A stretch of DNA of 64,000 bases from Rhabdothermincola salaria. Lineage in GTDB: Bacteria; Actinomycetota; Acidimicrobiia; Acidimicrobiales; Acidimicrobilacustridaceae. The position numbers were made by a program, and so were the translations under genes. The DNA lies in assembly GCF_021246445.1 (NCBI RefSeq), contig NZ_JAJQXW010000004.1, positions 62,001 through 126,000 of the forward strand, given 5' to 3'. Under the pieces are notes generated by a model. It searched no databases and was not told where the DNA came from. It saw only the letters and a program-made list of their open reading frames with translations. Shown here piece by piece: positions 55,378 to 64,000 of this stretch (position 1 is its first letter; every line of letters starts with the position of its first letter).

Positions 55378-56109
55378 TCAGGTGGCGAAGAGCCGCCCGA
55401 GCCCCTCGGCCCGGATCCGCCCCAGCGCACCGGCGAGGCGCAGTGCCTCCCACATGGTGACCAGGTTGGCGGTCAGCACCGGCTTGGCCAGACGCTGCTC
55501 GAGGTCGACCACCACGCCGGCGGAGTGCAGGGCGGTGTCGGGGACGAGCACGGCCTCGGCGTCGGGATGGTCGCCGGAGGTCACGAACCCCAGCACCCGC
55601 TCGGGCCCGAACGTGCCCACCTCGGTGGCGGTGATGATGTCCTCCGCCCCGGTGGCCACCACCGTGATGCCCGCCTCGGCCAGGAACGACGCGAACGCCT
55701 CGGTGACGTCCGGGGGATAGGTGGCGGCCACCGCCACCCGCTCCACCCCCAGGGTGCGGATGGCGTTCACGAACGCGAACGACGTCGAGGAGGCGGGCAC
55801 GCCCAGCTGCTCGGAGAGCGGTTCGACCTGGCGACGGGCCCCGTCGAGGCCGAACACGAAGCTGCCCGACGTGCACGCCCACAGCACCGCGTCGGGCCGG
55901 TCGAGCTCGGCGGCGCCCTGGGCCAGCCGGTCCGGGCCTCCCAGATCGAGCAGGGCGTCCACGCGGTGGGCGTCCTCCCCCACCGAGGTGTGGACCACCT
56001 GCACGACGGGTGACGGCTCGAGCCGAGAGGCCATCAGCGGGTAGTCGTCCTCGGCGGCGTACCCCGGATAGAGGAACCCCAGGCGCACCGGTCGCGTCGC
56101 GTCGCTCAC
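55378..56109 (-). CDS. Second Asp/Glu racemase / maleate isomerase-like protein
   Basis: GFLYPGYAAEDDY, WACTSGSF, VLVPDTALH, LTANLVTMW. Confidence 0.85.
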   Translation of the reverse strand: MSDATRPVRLGFLYPGYAAEDDYPLMASRLEPSPVVQVVHTSVGEDAHRVDALLDLGGPDRLAQGAAELDRPDAVLWACTSGSFVFGLDGARRQVEPLSEQLGVPASSTSFAFVNAIRTLGVERVAVAATYPPDVTEAFASFLAEAGITVVATGAEDIITATEVGTFGPERVLGFVTSGDHPDAEAVLVPDTALHSAGVVVDLEQRLAKPVLTANLVTMWEALRLAGALGRIRAEGLGRLFAT

Positions 56110-56169
56110 CTCGGCGACCCTACCGGTGCGCCGCCACCGGAGCTCTCGCGGGCCGCGCCCGGTCCGGCC

Positions 56170-56883
56170 CTACGCCGTCTGGTCGGTCCAGCCGGTGCCG
56201 TTCCACCAGCGCAGACCGCCACCCCCCGACGGGTCCGGGTACCACCCCTCCGACACTGCGTCGGGCTCGACGGTCCGCTCGGGACCCGTGGCGGCGCCCA
56301 CTGCGGCGGGCGTCCCCACGATGGTCGGCACGACCGTGGTGGCCTGTGCGGAGACCGGCAGCACGTACCCGCGACGAGCGGCGTCGATCCGGGCCACCAG
56401 CTCGCCCCGACGTTCTGGCGCATCGGGCAGGAAGCACTCGGCCGCCGAGATCGGCGACACGGTCAACTTGCCGCCGGGGTGGACGAGCAGCACGCCGCGG
56501 AGCGACTTGCGGGCGCTGACCGACTCGGCCGGGGCGCGGAACACGACGGTGCCGTCGGTCCTGGTCAACGTGGCGGATCCCTGCCACACCACCAGCTGCG
56601 CCGTCGGCCACACCGTCAGGGTCGTGGCCCCGGTCAGGTAGAGGTCGATGGCGATGGGCTCGTCGGGGCTGTACCGAGCGCCCGCCCAGAGGTCCGCCGC
56701 CGGCTCGGGCCGGATGAGCAGTGCCCCCAGGGCGAAGGGCGCGGCAAGCATCAGCGCGAGCAGCACACCCAAGAGCCATCCCGGGTCGACGGTGATCGCC
56801 ATGTAGACGGCCACGACGAAGAAGCTCCCAAACATGGCGGCGGCCGCGACCACGAGCAGTCGACGGATACCTCGCTTGGTCAT
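56170..56883 (-). CDS. Membrane protein with C-terminal DUF2510 motif
   Basis: Two N-terminal TM segments; EGWYPDPSGGGGLRWWNGTGWTD. Confidence 0.8.
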   Translation of the reverse strand: MTKRGIRRLLVVAAAAMFGSFFVVAVYMAITVDPGWLLGVLLALMLAAPFALGALLIRPEPAADLWAGARYSPDEPIAIDLYLTGATTLTVWPTAQLVVWQGSATLTRTDGTVVFRAPAESVSARKSLRGVLLVHPGGKLTVSPISAAECFLPDAPERRGELVARIDAARRGYVLPVSAQATTVVPTIVGTPAAVGAATGPERTVEPDAVSEGWYPDPSGGGGLRWWNGTGWTDQTA

Positions 56884-57029
56884 GACGGCTCACCTCACGG
56901 GGCGACCCTCGTTCCGGGAGAGGTCCGACGGGCCTCGTCGCGTCCGAGCGAGCGCTCGCCCGAGACCATCCTCACCCCGTCCGCCCGAGGCGGCCACGGC
57001 CCTGCGACGGGCGCCGACCGGGCCCTTGG

Positions 57030-57347
57030 TCATGGCGACGTGAGCTTCACCGCCGTCAGCGCGCCCAGCAACGCCATCAGGGCCAGCATCCTCGGGATGG
57101 TGGCCGGGTCCTGGTGCACGACCATCCCGGCGACCACCGTCCCGGCGACGGCCGCTCCCGTCCAGACCGCGTAGGCGGTCCCGATGGGGATGGTGCGAGA
57201 TGCGTACTCCAGGCCGGCCAGGCTCACCACCATGCACAACAGCACCACCGCCGTGGGTACCGGGCGCCGGAACCCACCGGTCGCAGGCAACACCGAGGCC
57301 CACCCCACCTCGAACAGACCGGCGATCACCAACACGATCCACGCCAC
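57030..57347 (-). CDS. gdx: SMR family exporter, SugE/Gdx (guanidinium exporter) type (105 aa)
   Basis: AWIVLVIAGLFEVGWA...IPIGTAYAVWTG; GTG with AGGAGG; guanidine riboswitch upstream. Confidence 0.8.
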   Translation of the reverse strand: MAWIVLVIAGLFEVGWASVLPATGGFRRPVPTAVVLLCMVVSLAGLEYASRTIPIGTAYAVWTGAAVAGTVVAGMVVHQDPATIPRMLALMALLGALTAVKLTSP

Positions 57348-57360
57348 GACGAAGCCTCCT

Positions 57361-57404
57361 GCGTGCCCGTCGTGCCGGCCGGTACGGGACGCCCCTCGTC
57401 GGGG
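57361..57404 (-). ncRNA. Guanidine-III (ykkC-III) riboswitch
   Basis: Minus strand CCCGACGAGG-GGCGTCCCGT-ACCGG-CCGGCACG-ACGGGCACGC: CGACGAGG core, then a pseudoknot stem GCGTCCCGT/ACGGG(C)ACGC ending immediately before the AGGAGG RBS of an SMR gene. Confidence 0.75.
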
Positions 57405-57527
57405 ACCGCCACCTCGGCGGTCCGTCCTCCAGTCAACCTCGACCCGTCGTCGACGACAACCCCTGCGGCACCCACCCGGGCCCGCTCCGGTAGCGTCCCG
57501 CGCCGTGGCCACCCTGGACCAGCCCCG

Positions 57528-58304
57528 ATGATCTTCGAGACCCGCCGGCACCGGATGCGCCGCGAACGCTACGAAGCCGGCTTCCTGCCCGAGTGGCGCG
57601 AGCTGCTCGGCCGCAAGGTCGGCCACTGGAACCACCTCGACGACGACGAGCGGGCCCGCCTCGAGGCGCTGGCCCTGTCGATCATCGCCGAGAAGGACTG
57701 GGAGGCGGCCAACGGCTTCGCCCTCACCGACGAGATCATGGTGGTGATCGCCAGCCAAGCCGCCCTCTTGGTCCTGGGGCTGCCCGACGACCCCTACCGG
57801 GACGTCCACTCGATCCTCGTGCACCCCACGACCATGGTCCGCGAAGGCCCCCACTCCCAGGTCGGTGGGCTGATGTCCGACGCCCCCATGGCCATCCTCG
57901 GCCAAGCCGTCTACCAGGGCCCGGTGGTGATCGCGTGGGACACCGCCCTCGCCGAGGCCCGGCACCCGGGACGGGGCCACAACGTGGTGTTCCACGAGTT
58001 CGCCCACAAGCTCGACATGCTCGACGGCACGGTGGACGGCACCCCGCCCTTGGCCACCCAGGAGCAGCACGACGAGTGGGTGCGGGTGTGCACCGACGTC
58101 TATCACCAGGTCGAGGAGGGCCGCGGCGGACGGGCCTTGCGCTCCTACGCCGGTGTGAACCCCGGGGAGTTCTTCGCGGTGGCCACCGAGGTGTTCTTCG
58201 ACGCGCCGGCGGCGCTGGCCGAGGAGCACCCCGACCTCTACGACGTACTGCGCGGCTTCTACCGCCAGGACCCCCTCACCCGCCTCTCGCCCGCCCGCCC
58301 CTGA
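57528..58304 (+). CDS. MtfA / peptidase M90 family zinc-dependent peptidase
   Basis: NVVFHEFAHKLDMLDG (HExxH), YAGVNPGEFFAVATEVFF, FYRQDP. Confidence 0.9.
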   Translation: MIFETRRHRMRRERYEAGFLPEWRELLGRKVGHWNHLDDDERARLEALALSIIAEKDWEAANGFALTDEIMVVIASQAALLVLGLPDDPYRDVHSILVHPTTMVREGPHSQVGGLMSDAPMAILGQAVYQGPVVIAWDTALAEARHPGRGHNVVFHEFAHKLDMLDGTVDGTPPLATQEQHDEWVRVCTDVYHQVEEGRGGRALRSYAGVNPGEFFAVATEVFFDAPAALAEEHPDLYDVLRGFYRQDPLTRLSPARP

Positions 58305-58335
58305 GGGGCCGGAACGGTCCGAGCGGCAACGGGTC

Positions 58336-59064
58336 TCAGGTGCCCACGATCGTCGGGGCCTCACCGAAGGGGGAGCCGAAGCGCTCGCACCAGATCACGA
58401 CCGACCGCATGCTGGACAGGTCGAGGTCGGCGGGGATCTCGTAGTTCTGGTTGCCGATGTTGCCCTTGAGGTGGCCGAGCTCGACGAGGTCGTCGTAGGA
58501 CCCCGAGCCGACCTCGGCGGTGGACAGCACGACCCGCAGATCGGGACCGTTGTCGGTGTCGAGGTCCTCGATGCGCAGCAGCCGCGAGCCGTCGGGCTGC
58601 ACCACCAGGTAGGCCTGGCCCGAGGCGGGGTGGTCGAGGCTGGTGAACTCACCGAACGACACCGCCACCGGGGCGCCGGTGCGCTCGGCCTCGGCCAGCC
58701 CCGCCTCGAGCGGGTCGGCCGGCATCGCCGGCTCATCCGCCATCGGCTCATCCGCCATCGGCTCATCCGCCATCGGCTCATCCGCCATCGGCTCGTCGGC
58801 CATCGGTTCGTCGGCCATCGGTTCCCCGGCGGCACCGGCCACGACCAGGCCGGGCAGCGCCTCGTCGACCTTGTCGTCGATGAACAGCTTCTGGGGCTGG
58901 AACACGATCAGCACGTAGGCGACGACGGCCACCAGCACGGCACCGCCGACCGCACCGCCGATCCAGAGACCCCGACGCCGTCGGCGGGGCCGCTCGTCGG
59001 CCGGGTACGAGGCACCGGGCTCGGGGGCGCCGGCATCAGTGGGGGAGGACGGGTTCTCGCTCAT
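58336..59064 (-). CDS. Membrane-anchored DM13 domain protein with (MADEP)6 linker
   Basis: N-terminal TM; GEFTSLDHPASG...LRIEDL.TDNGPDLRVVL...LGHLKGNIGNQNYEIP...VVIWCERF. Confidence 0.85.
   Translation of the reverse strand: MSENPSSPTDAGAPEPGASYPADERPRRRRRGLWIGGAVGGAVLVAVVAYVLIVFQPQKLFIDDKVDEALPGLVVAGAAGEPMADEPMADEPMADEPMADEPMADEPMADEPAMPADPLEAGLAEAERTGAPVAVSFGEFTSLDHPASGQAYLVVQPDGSRLLRIEDLDTDNGPDLRVVLSTAEVGSGSYDDLVELGHLKGNIGNQNYEIPADLDLSSMRSVVIWCERFGSPFGEAPTIVGT
58729..58818 (-). repeat. 15-bp coding tandem repeat x6 (MADEP)
   Basis: Units ATGGCGGATGAGCCG (x4), ATGGCCGACGAGCCG and ATGGCCGACGAACCG. Confidence 0.95.
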
Positions 59065-59175
59065 GACCGAGAGCATCCACCAGAGGTGTCGCCACGTGCT
59101 CACCAACCTCTCAACGTTCACGAAACTCGCGGCGTCGCCCCTCGACAGCCCACCGGCGAGTCGTACGCTTCGGTC

Positions 59176-59907
59176 GTGGACAGCCCCGAGACCGCCGGCA
59201 CGGTGCTCGTCGTCGACGACGAGCCCACCGTGCGCGAGGTCGTCGCCCAGTACCTGCGGCGCGATGGCTACGCCGTCCACGAGTCCGGCGACGGCTCCGA
59301 CGCGACCCAGTGGCTCGCCGACAACGACCCCGACCTGGTGGTGCTCGACGTGATGTTGCCCGGCGTCGACGGCCTCACCATCTTGAAGGACCTGCGTCGC
59401 CACAGCGACGTGCCGGTGATCCTGCTCACCGCCCGGGTCGAGGAGGTCGACCGCATCGTCGGCCTCGAGCTCGGCGCCGACGACTACGTGGTGAAGCCCT
59501 TCTCCCCCCGTGAGCTGGCCGTGCGGGTCCGCAACGTCCTGCGGCGCACGTCGTCGGGCAACAGCGACGGCAACGGTGGGGCTGCACCCGGCTCCGACCC
59601 CGAGCGGGTGCTGTGCTTCGGCGAGCTGCACATCGATCGCCGCGCCCGGGAGGTGACCGTGGCCGGGCGACCGGTCGCCCTCACCCCCAAGGAGTTCGAC
59701 CTGCTCGACCACCTGGCAGCCTCGCCCCGCCAGGTCTTCTCCCGCCATCAACTGCTCACCCAGGTCTGGGACTCCTCGGCCGACTACCAGGACCCGGCCA
59801 CCGTCACCGTCCACGTGGGGCGCCTGCGCCAGAAGCTCGAGGCCGACCCGAACGAACCCCGTTGGATCGCCACCGTGTGGGGCGTCGGCTACCGGTTCGA
59901 ACCATGA
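59176..59907 (+). CDS. OmpR/PhoB-family response regulator
   Basis: VLVVDDE, LDVMLPG, GADDYVVKPF, LTPKEFDLL, TVWGVGYRF. TACGCT 6 nt before the GTG suggests a leaderless mRNA. Confidence 0.92.
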   Translation: MDSPETAGTVLVVDDEPTVREVVAQYLRRDGYAVHESGDGSDATQWLADNDPDLVVLDVMLPGVDGLTILKDLRRHSDVPVILLTARVEEVDRIVGLELGADDYVVKPFSPRELAVRVRNVLRRTSSGNSDGNGGAAPGSDPERVLCFGELHIDRRAREVTVAGRPVALTPKEFDLLDHLAASPRQVFSRHQLLTQVWDSSADYQDPATVTVHVGRLRQKLEADPNEPRWIATVWGVGYRFEP

Positions 59908-61082
59908 GCGCTCCCTTCGTGACCGCCGCCGCCACCTGGTCCGAGGAGATCGCCGCCCACCCCGGGCGGGCCGCGCTCGCCTCGATCGTCCTGCTCGCCG
60001 CCGTGCTGGGTGCCGGCTGGCTGGTGCGGGCCATGAACCGGCGCACCCGGTCGCTGCGGGCCCAGGTCCTCACCATCACCCTCACCGGGTTGGCCCTGGG
60101 CACCGCCGCCGCCCTGGCCCTGGCCTGGCTCATGGTGCTCGACGGCGGCGACCTGGCCACCGTGATCTCGGTGCTGGCCCTCACCTCGGTGTTCGCCGCC
60201 GGGCTGGTCATCGTGGCCACCGCCCCGCTCGGTCGCGACGTCCGCCACCTCGAGGCCACGGTCGGACGCATCGAACACGGGGACCGCACGGCCCGGGCCC
60301 GCATCGACCGGGCCGACGAGCTGGGCCACGTCGGCCGGGCCCTCGATCAGCTCAACGCCCGCCTCGACGACCTCGAACGAGAGCGCACGGCCCTCGAGGC
60401 CGAGCGCACCGAGGTGCTGGCCAGCATCAGCCACGACCTGCGCACCCCGCTCGCCGCGCTGCGCGCCGCGGTGGAGGCGCTGGCCGACGGCGTCGTCGAC
60501 GACGCCCCCCGCTGGTACCGGTCGATGCAGCGAGACGTCGAGGCCCTCGGCGCCCTCGTCGACGACCTGTTCCTGCTGGTGCGGGTCGAGAGCGGCCGCC
60601 TCGACCTCGCCGTCACCTCCATCGACCTGGCCGAGGTGGCCGACACCGCCCTCGACGCCCTCGCCCCCACCGCCGGGGCCGCGGGGGTGGGCCTCACCCT
60701 CGACACGGCCGGGCGGGTCGGCACCCAGGGCGACGCCGCCGCCCTCGGGCGCGTGGTGCGCAACCTGGTCGACAACGCCATCCGCCACACCCCGGCGGGC
60801 TCCACCGTGCACGTGTCGGTGGGGGTCGACCCGAGCGGGCCCTGGATCCGCGTCGTCGACGAAGGACCCGGCTTCGACCCCGAGTTCGCCACCCGGGCCT
60901 TCGACCGCTTCACCCGAGCCGATGCCAGCCGCACCCGCGACACCGGCGGCGCCGGGCTGGGCCTGGCCATCGCCCGCGGCCTGGTGGAGGCCCACGGCGG
61001 TGAGGTCTGGGTCGAACCGCCCCCCGGCGGCCGGGTGGCCTTCAGCCTTCCCGCCGAACCCACGAGCGCCACCCCCGGATGA
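59904..61082 (+). CDS. HAMP-domain sensor histidine kinase
   Basis: TM segments, DELG, SHDLRTPL, NLVDNAIRH, DEGPG, GAGLGLAI; ATGA overlap. Confidence 0.92.
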   Translation: MSAPFVTAAATWSEEIAAHPGRAALASIVLLAAVLGAGWLVRAMNRRTRSLRAQVLTITLTGLALGTAAALALAWLMVLDGGDLATVISVLALTSVFAAGLVIVATAPLGRDVRHLEATVGRIEHGDRTARARIDRADELGHVGRALDQLNARLDDLERERTALEAERTEVLASISHDLRTPLAALRAAVEALADGVVDDAPRWYRSMQRDVEALGALVDDLFLLVRVESGRLDLAVTSIDLAEVADTALDALAPTAGAAGVGLTLDTAGRVGTQGDAAALGRVVRNLVDNAIRHTPAGSTVHVSVGVDPSGPWIRVVDEGPGFDPEFATRAFDRFTRADASRTRDTGGAGLGLAIARGLVEAHGGEVWVEPPPGGRVAFSLPAEPTSATPG

Positions 61083-61117
61083 GGGCCGCCCGCGGCTCGG
61101 CGGCCACCCGTCGATCC

Positions 61118-62617
61118 TCAGTCCGTGGGTGAGCGGAGCCGGCGGCGCAAGGTGACCACCGACAGCGCCAGGATCACCGGGTAGATCTCCAGGCGGCCCA
61201 GCAGCATCTGGACCATGGTCACCAGGCGGGCCGTCCACGGCAGGGTGAGGTAGTCGCTGGCCGGGCCCACGTCGCCGAGACCCGGGCCCACGTTGCCGAA
61301 GCTCGACGCCGCCGCCGAGACCGACGTGACGATGTCAGGGCCGGTGAGGGCGATGAGCAGCGCGCCGCCACCGAACACGACCAGGGCCATGAGCACGAAG
61401 CCGACGATGTGGCCGGCCACCCGTTCGTCGACGCTGCTCCCGCCGATGCGCACCGGGCGCACCAGTCGGGGGTGCAGCTGGCGCAGGGCGGCCCGATGGG
61501 CGTAGCTGGCCGCGGCCAGCACCCGGACGAGCTTGACGCCACCGGCCGTGGACCCGGCCATGGCTCCGATGGGCAACAGCAACAGGATGACCATCTGGGC
61601 GGCCTGGCTCCAGAGACCGAAGTCGGCGGTGGCGTACCCGGTGGTGGAGGTGACCGAGGTGATGGTGAAGAACGAGTCGCGGAGGTGGCGTTCGACCGAG
61701 GTGTCGGTGTCGGCGACGACGAGCACGACCAGGGTGGCGACGAGGACCACCGCGGCGTAGGTGCGGAACTCCGCCGATCGCAGCAACGGACCGGGCCGGC
61801 CTCGCAGGGCGCGGTAGTAGAGAGCGAAGCTGCCCCCGGCGAGGAACATGGCGACGATGGCGATCCACTCGACGAGCGCCGAGTCGAAGTGGGCCAACGA
61901 CGCGTTGTGGGGCGAGAAGCCCCCGGTGGACACGGTCGTGAACGAGTGGGCGAAGCCGTCGTAGAGGCTGGTGCCGGCCAACACGTAGGCCGCGACCACC
62001 ACCAGGGTGAAGCCCACGTAGACCAACCAGAGGTTGCGGGCGGTGTGGCGCACGCGGGGGGTGAGCCGCTCCCCCGCCGGCCCCGGCGCCTCGGCCTGCA
62101 TGAGGCTCATGGCCCCGGCCCCCACGGTGGGCAGCACCGCGATCACCAACACGATGACCCCCATGCCGCCGATCCACTGGGTGATGGCCCGGTACATCAA
62201 CAGGCCCTGGGAGGTGTCGGCCACCGGCCGCAGCACCGTCGCCCCCGTGGTGGTGAAACCGGAGATGGACTCGAACAGGGCCTGGTCGGGGGCGGTGAGC
62301 CGTCCGGTGGCCAGGTACGGCAGCGCGCCCACCACGGCGAGGGCCACCCACGCCAGGGTGACGGTGACGAACACGTCGAGGATGCGGACCTCGTGCGGAG
62401 GCTCGGTGGCGCGCCACACGACGAGACCCACGACGAGGGTGGGAACGCCGCAGGCGAGCAGCGCCACCGCGTCCGGCCCGCTGTCGGCGATCTCGACGAC
62501 GGCCCCGATGAGCATGCCCACCCCCGCCACCGCGCCGGAGAGGGCGGCCACGTAGAGCGGGAGGGAGCGTCGACGGCGCGACGGTGTGAGCCAGCGCTCG
62601 ACGAACACCTCGGTCAT
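61118..62617 (-). CDS. trkH: Trk potassium uptake membrane protein
   Basis: FESISGFTTTGAT, QWIGGMG, TTVSTGGF, STTGY, AGSTAGGVK, GNVGPG, LGRLE. Confidence 0.95.
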   Translation of the reverse strand: MTEVFVERWLTPSRRRRSLPLYVAALSGAVAGVGMLIGAVVEIADSGPDAVALLACGVPTLVVGLVVWRATEPPHEVRILDVFVTVTLAWVALAVVGALPYLATGRLTAPDQALFESISGFTTTGATVLRPVADTSQGLLMYRAITQWIGGMGVIVLVIAVLPTVGAGAMSLMQAEAPGPAGERLTPRVRHTARNLWLVYVGFTLVVVAAYVLAGTSLYDGFAHSFTTVSTGGFSPHNASLAHFDSALVEWIAIVAMFLAGGSFALYYRALRGRPGPLLRSAEFRTYAAVVLVATLVVLVVADTDTSVERHLRDSFFTITSVTSTTGYATADFGLWSQAAQMVILLLLPIGAMAGSTAGGVKLVRVLAAASYAHRAALRQLHPRLVRPVRIGGSSVDERVAGHIVGFVLMALVVFGGGALLIALTGPDIVTSVSAAASSFGNVGPGLGDVGPASDYLTLPWTARLVTMVQMLLGRLEIYPVILALSVVTLRRRLRSPTD

Positions 62618-63963
62618 CGCACGAAGAGCTGGCGGGCCTTGCCCACGTCGCCGGCGCGGGCGAACACGGCCACGGTGTCGCCGGCTGCCAGCTCGGTGGG
62701 GCCGTGGACGATCTCGACGCGGCCGTCCGGTCGCACCACGGCGCCGAGGAGCACGCCGCGAGGCGTGCGCAGGTCGGCCACCACCCCGCCGTCGGCCGTG
62801 CTCCCCGGCTCGACCACGAACTCGTTGACCTCCACGTCGCTCTCGAGGAAGGTCGTGACCGAACCGGTGCCGCCGCGCATCTCCCGCAGCACGGTGTTGG
62901 CCGACGCCGTGCGGGGGCTCAGCGTGGCGTCGATGCCGAAGCGGGTGACGAGCGGCAGCAGGGCCAGGCGATGCAGCACCGCGATGGTGAACCCCGACCC
63001 CTCGGCCCCGGCGAAGGCGCAGGCCAAGACGTTGGCGGTGTCCTCGCCGGTGGTGGCGACCACGGCGTCCATGGTGGCCACCGACTCCTCCACCAACAGC
63101 TCGATGTCGGTGATGTCGCCCTGGATCACCCTCATCTTCGGTGCCGCCGCCGCCAGGTCCTCGGCCAGGGCGCCGTCACGCTCGACGAGCACGACCTCGG
63201 CCCCCTCGGCCGACATCGTGTTGGCCACCCTCGCCCCCACCGCCCCTCCGCCCAGCACCATCAGACGTCGCACCCGGCGCCCCATCGCCCCCAGCAGGCC
63301 CAGCGTCCGGCGCCGGGCGGCCCGGGTGGTCAGCACCCGCACGTGGTCGCCGGCCTCGAGCACCTCGTCGCCGTGGGGGATGATCGTGTGCCCGCCGCGG
63401 GTGATGGCCCCGAAGAGGAACTGCCAGTCGGCGTCGCTCGCCGCCCGCACGGACCGCAGGCGCTGGCCGACCAGCACCGAGTCGGCCTTGAGCACCGCAC
63501 CCAGCACGACCAGCTCGCCACCGACCATCGGGTACACCTCGTCGGCCCCCGAGAGGTGGAGCAGCTCGAGGATCTCCTCGGCGGTGTCGGCGTCGGGGTC
63601 GATGACCACGTCGGCGCCCACCCGCTCGAGCAGGGCCCGGCCCTCGGGGCCCCGCAGCTCGTCGGTCTGCACCCGGACCACCGTGCGAGGCACGCCGTGC
63701 TCCTTGGCCAGCAACGAGGTGATCAGGTTGACCTCGTCGTCCTGGGTGACCCCGGCGACCAGCGAGGCCCGGTCCACCCCCGCCTCGGCGAGCACCGTGG
63801 GGTGGGTGCCGCTGCCGACCAGCACCTGCACGTCGAGGTCCTGGCCCAACGCCTCGGCCGTGGCTTCGTCCTGCTCGACCACGACGACGTCGTGGCCCTC
63901 GGCGCCGAGGCGCTCGGCCAGGTACCACCCGACCTCACCGGCACCAACGATGATCACGTGCAC
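62614..63963 (-). CDS. trkA: Trk potassium uptake NAD-binding subunit
   Basis: Two RCK_N domains (IVGAGEVG; VLGGGAVG) and two RCK_C domains; ATGA overlap with trkH. Confidence 0.95.
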   Translation of the reverse strand: MHVIIVGAGEVGWYLAERLGAEGHDVVVVEQDEATAEALGQDLDVQVLVGSGTHPTVLAEAGVDRASLVAGVTQDDEVNLITSLLAKEHGVPRTVVRVQTDELRGPEGRALLERVGADVVIDPDADTAEEILELLHLSGADEVYPMVGGELVVLGAVLKADSVLVGQRLRSVRAASDADWQFLFGAITRGGHTIIPHGDEVLEAGDHVRVLTTRAARRRTLGLLGAMGRRVRRLMVLGGGAVGARVANTMSAEGAEVVLVERDGALAEDLAAAAPKMRVIQGDITDIELLVEESVATMDAVVATTGEDTANVLACAFAGAEGSGFTIAVLHRLALLPLVTRFGIDATLSPRTASANTVLREMRGGTGSVTTFLESDVEVNEFVVEPGSTADGGVVADLRTPRGVLLGAVVRPDGRVEIVHGPTELAAGDTVAVFARAGDVGKARQLFVR

Positions 63964-64000
63964 AAGAGCCGAGTCTGGCCCATCGTCGGAGGGGCGGGCG

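Noticed and set aside
58729..58818. Tandem repeats as a possible CRISPR array
   Set aside because: Contiguous 15-bp in-frame coding units without spacers; no CRISPR array or cas genes were seen in the window.

Overview
This is a very GC-rich bacterial chromosome segment, probably Actinomycetota (inferred from gene content, a guanidine-III riboswitch and an apparently leaderless gene). It has two parts joined at a tRNA-Arg(CCT) gene (44799-44872). The left part (1-~44800) is an accessory defence-type island. It opens with a regulatory/protein-modification block (XRE HTH, CX5R phosphatase, two atypical ECF-like sigma factors, vWA protein, TM0106-type nuclease-helicase, HDAC-family deacetylase, DUF1810). 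Next is a ~21 kb, mostly translationally coupled minus-strand operon: SNF2 helicase, N6-adenine methyltransferase, 2110-aa YprA/DUF1998 helicase-nuclease, RelE-like/UvrD helicase, McrB, McrC and an uncharacterised gene, i.e. a DISARM/ARMADA-like system joined to a type IV restriction pair. Divergent from it is a 2008-aa DUF4011/SF1-helicase/nuclease protein with a transglutaminase-like N-terminus. The island ends with an unusual mobility module: AlpA-like HTH, an apparently catalytically dead tyrosine recombinase and an intact IS4/IS5-superfamily DDE transposase, directly 5' of the tRNA. This module is my best candidate for an undescribed system. The right part (~44900-64000) holds ordinary host genes: a GntR-controlled catabolic cluster with two copies of a palindromic operator, a riboswitch-controlled SMR exporter, a DM13 protein, a two-component system and trkH/trkA. 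All family assignments come from motif recognition by eye; no database searches were run.
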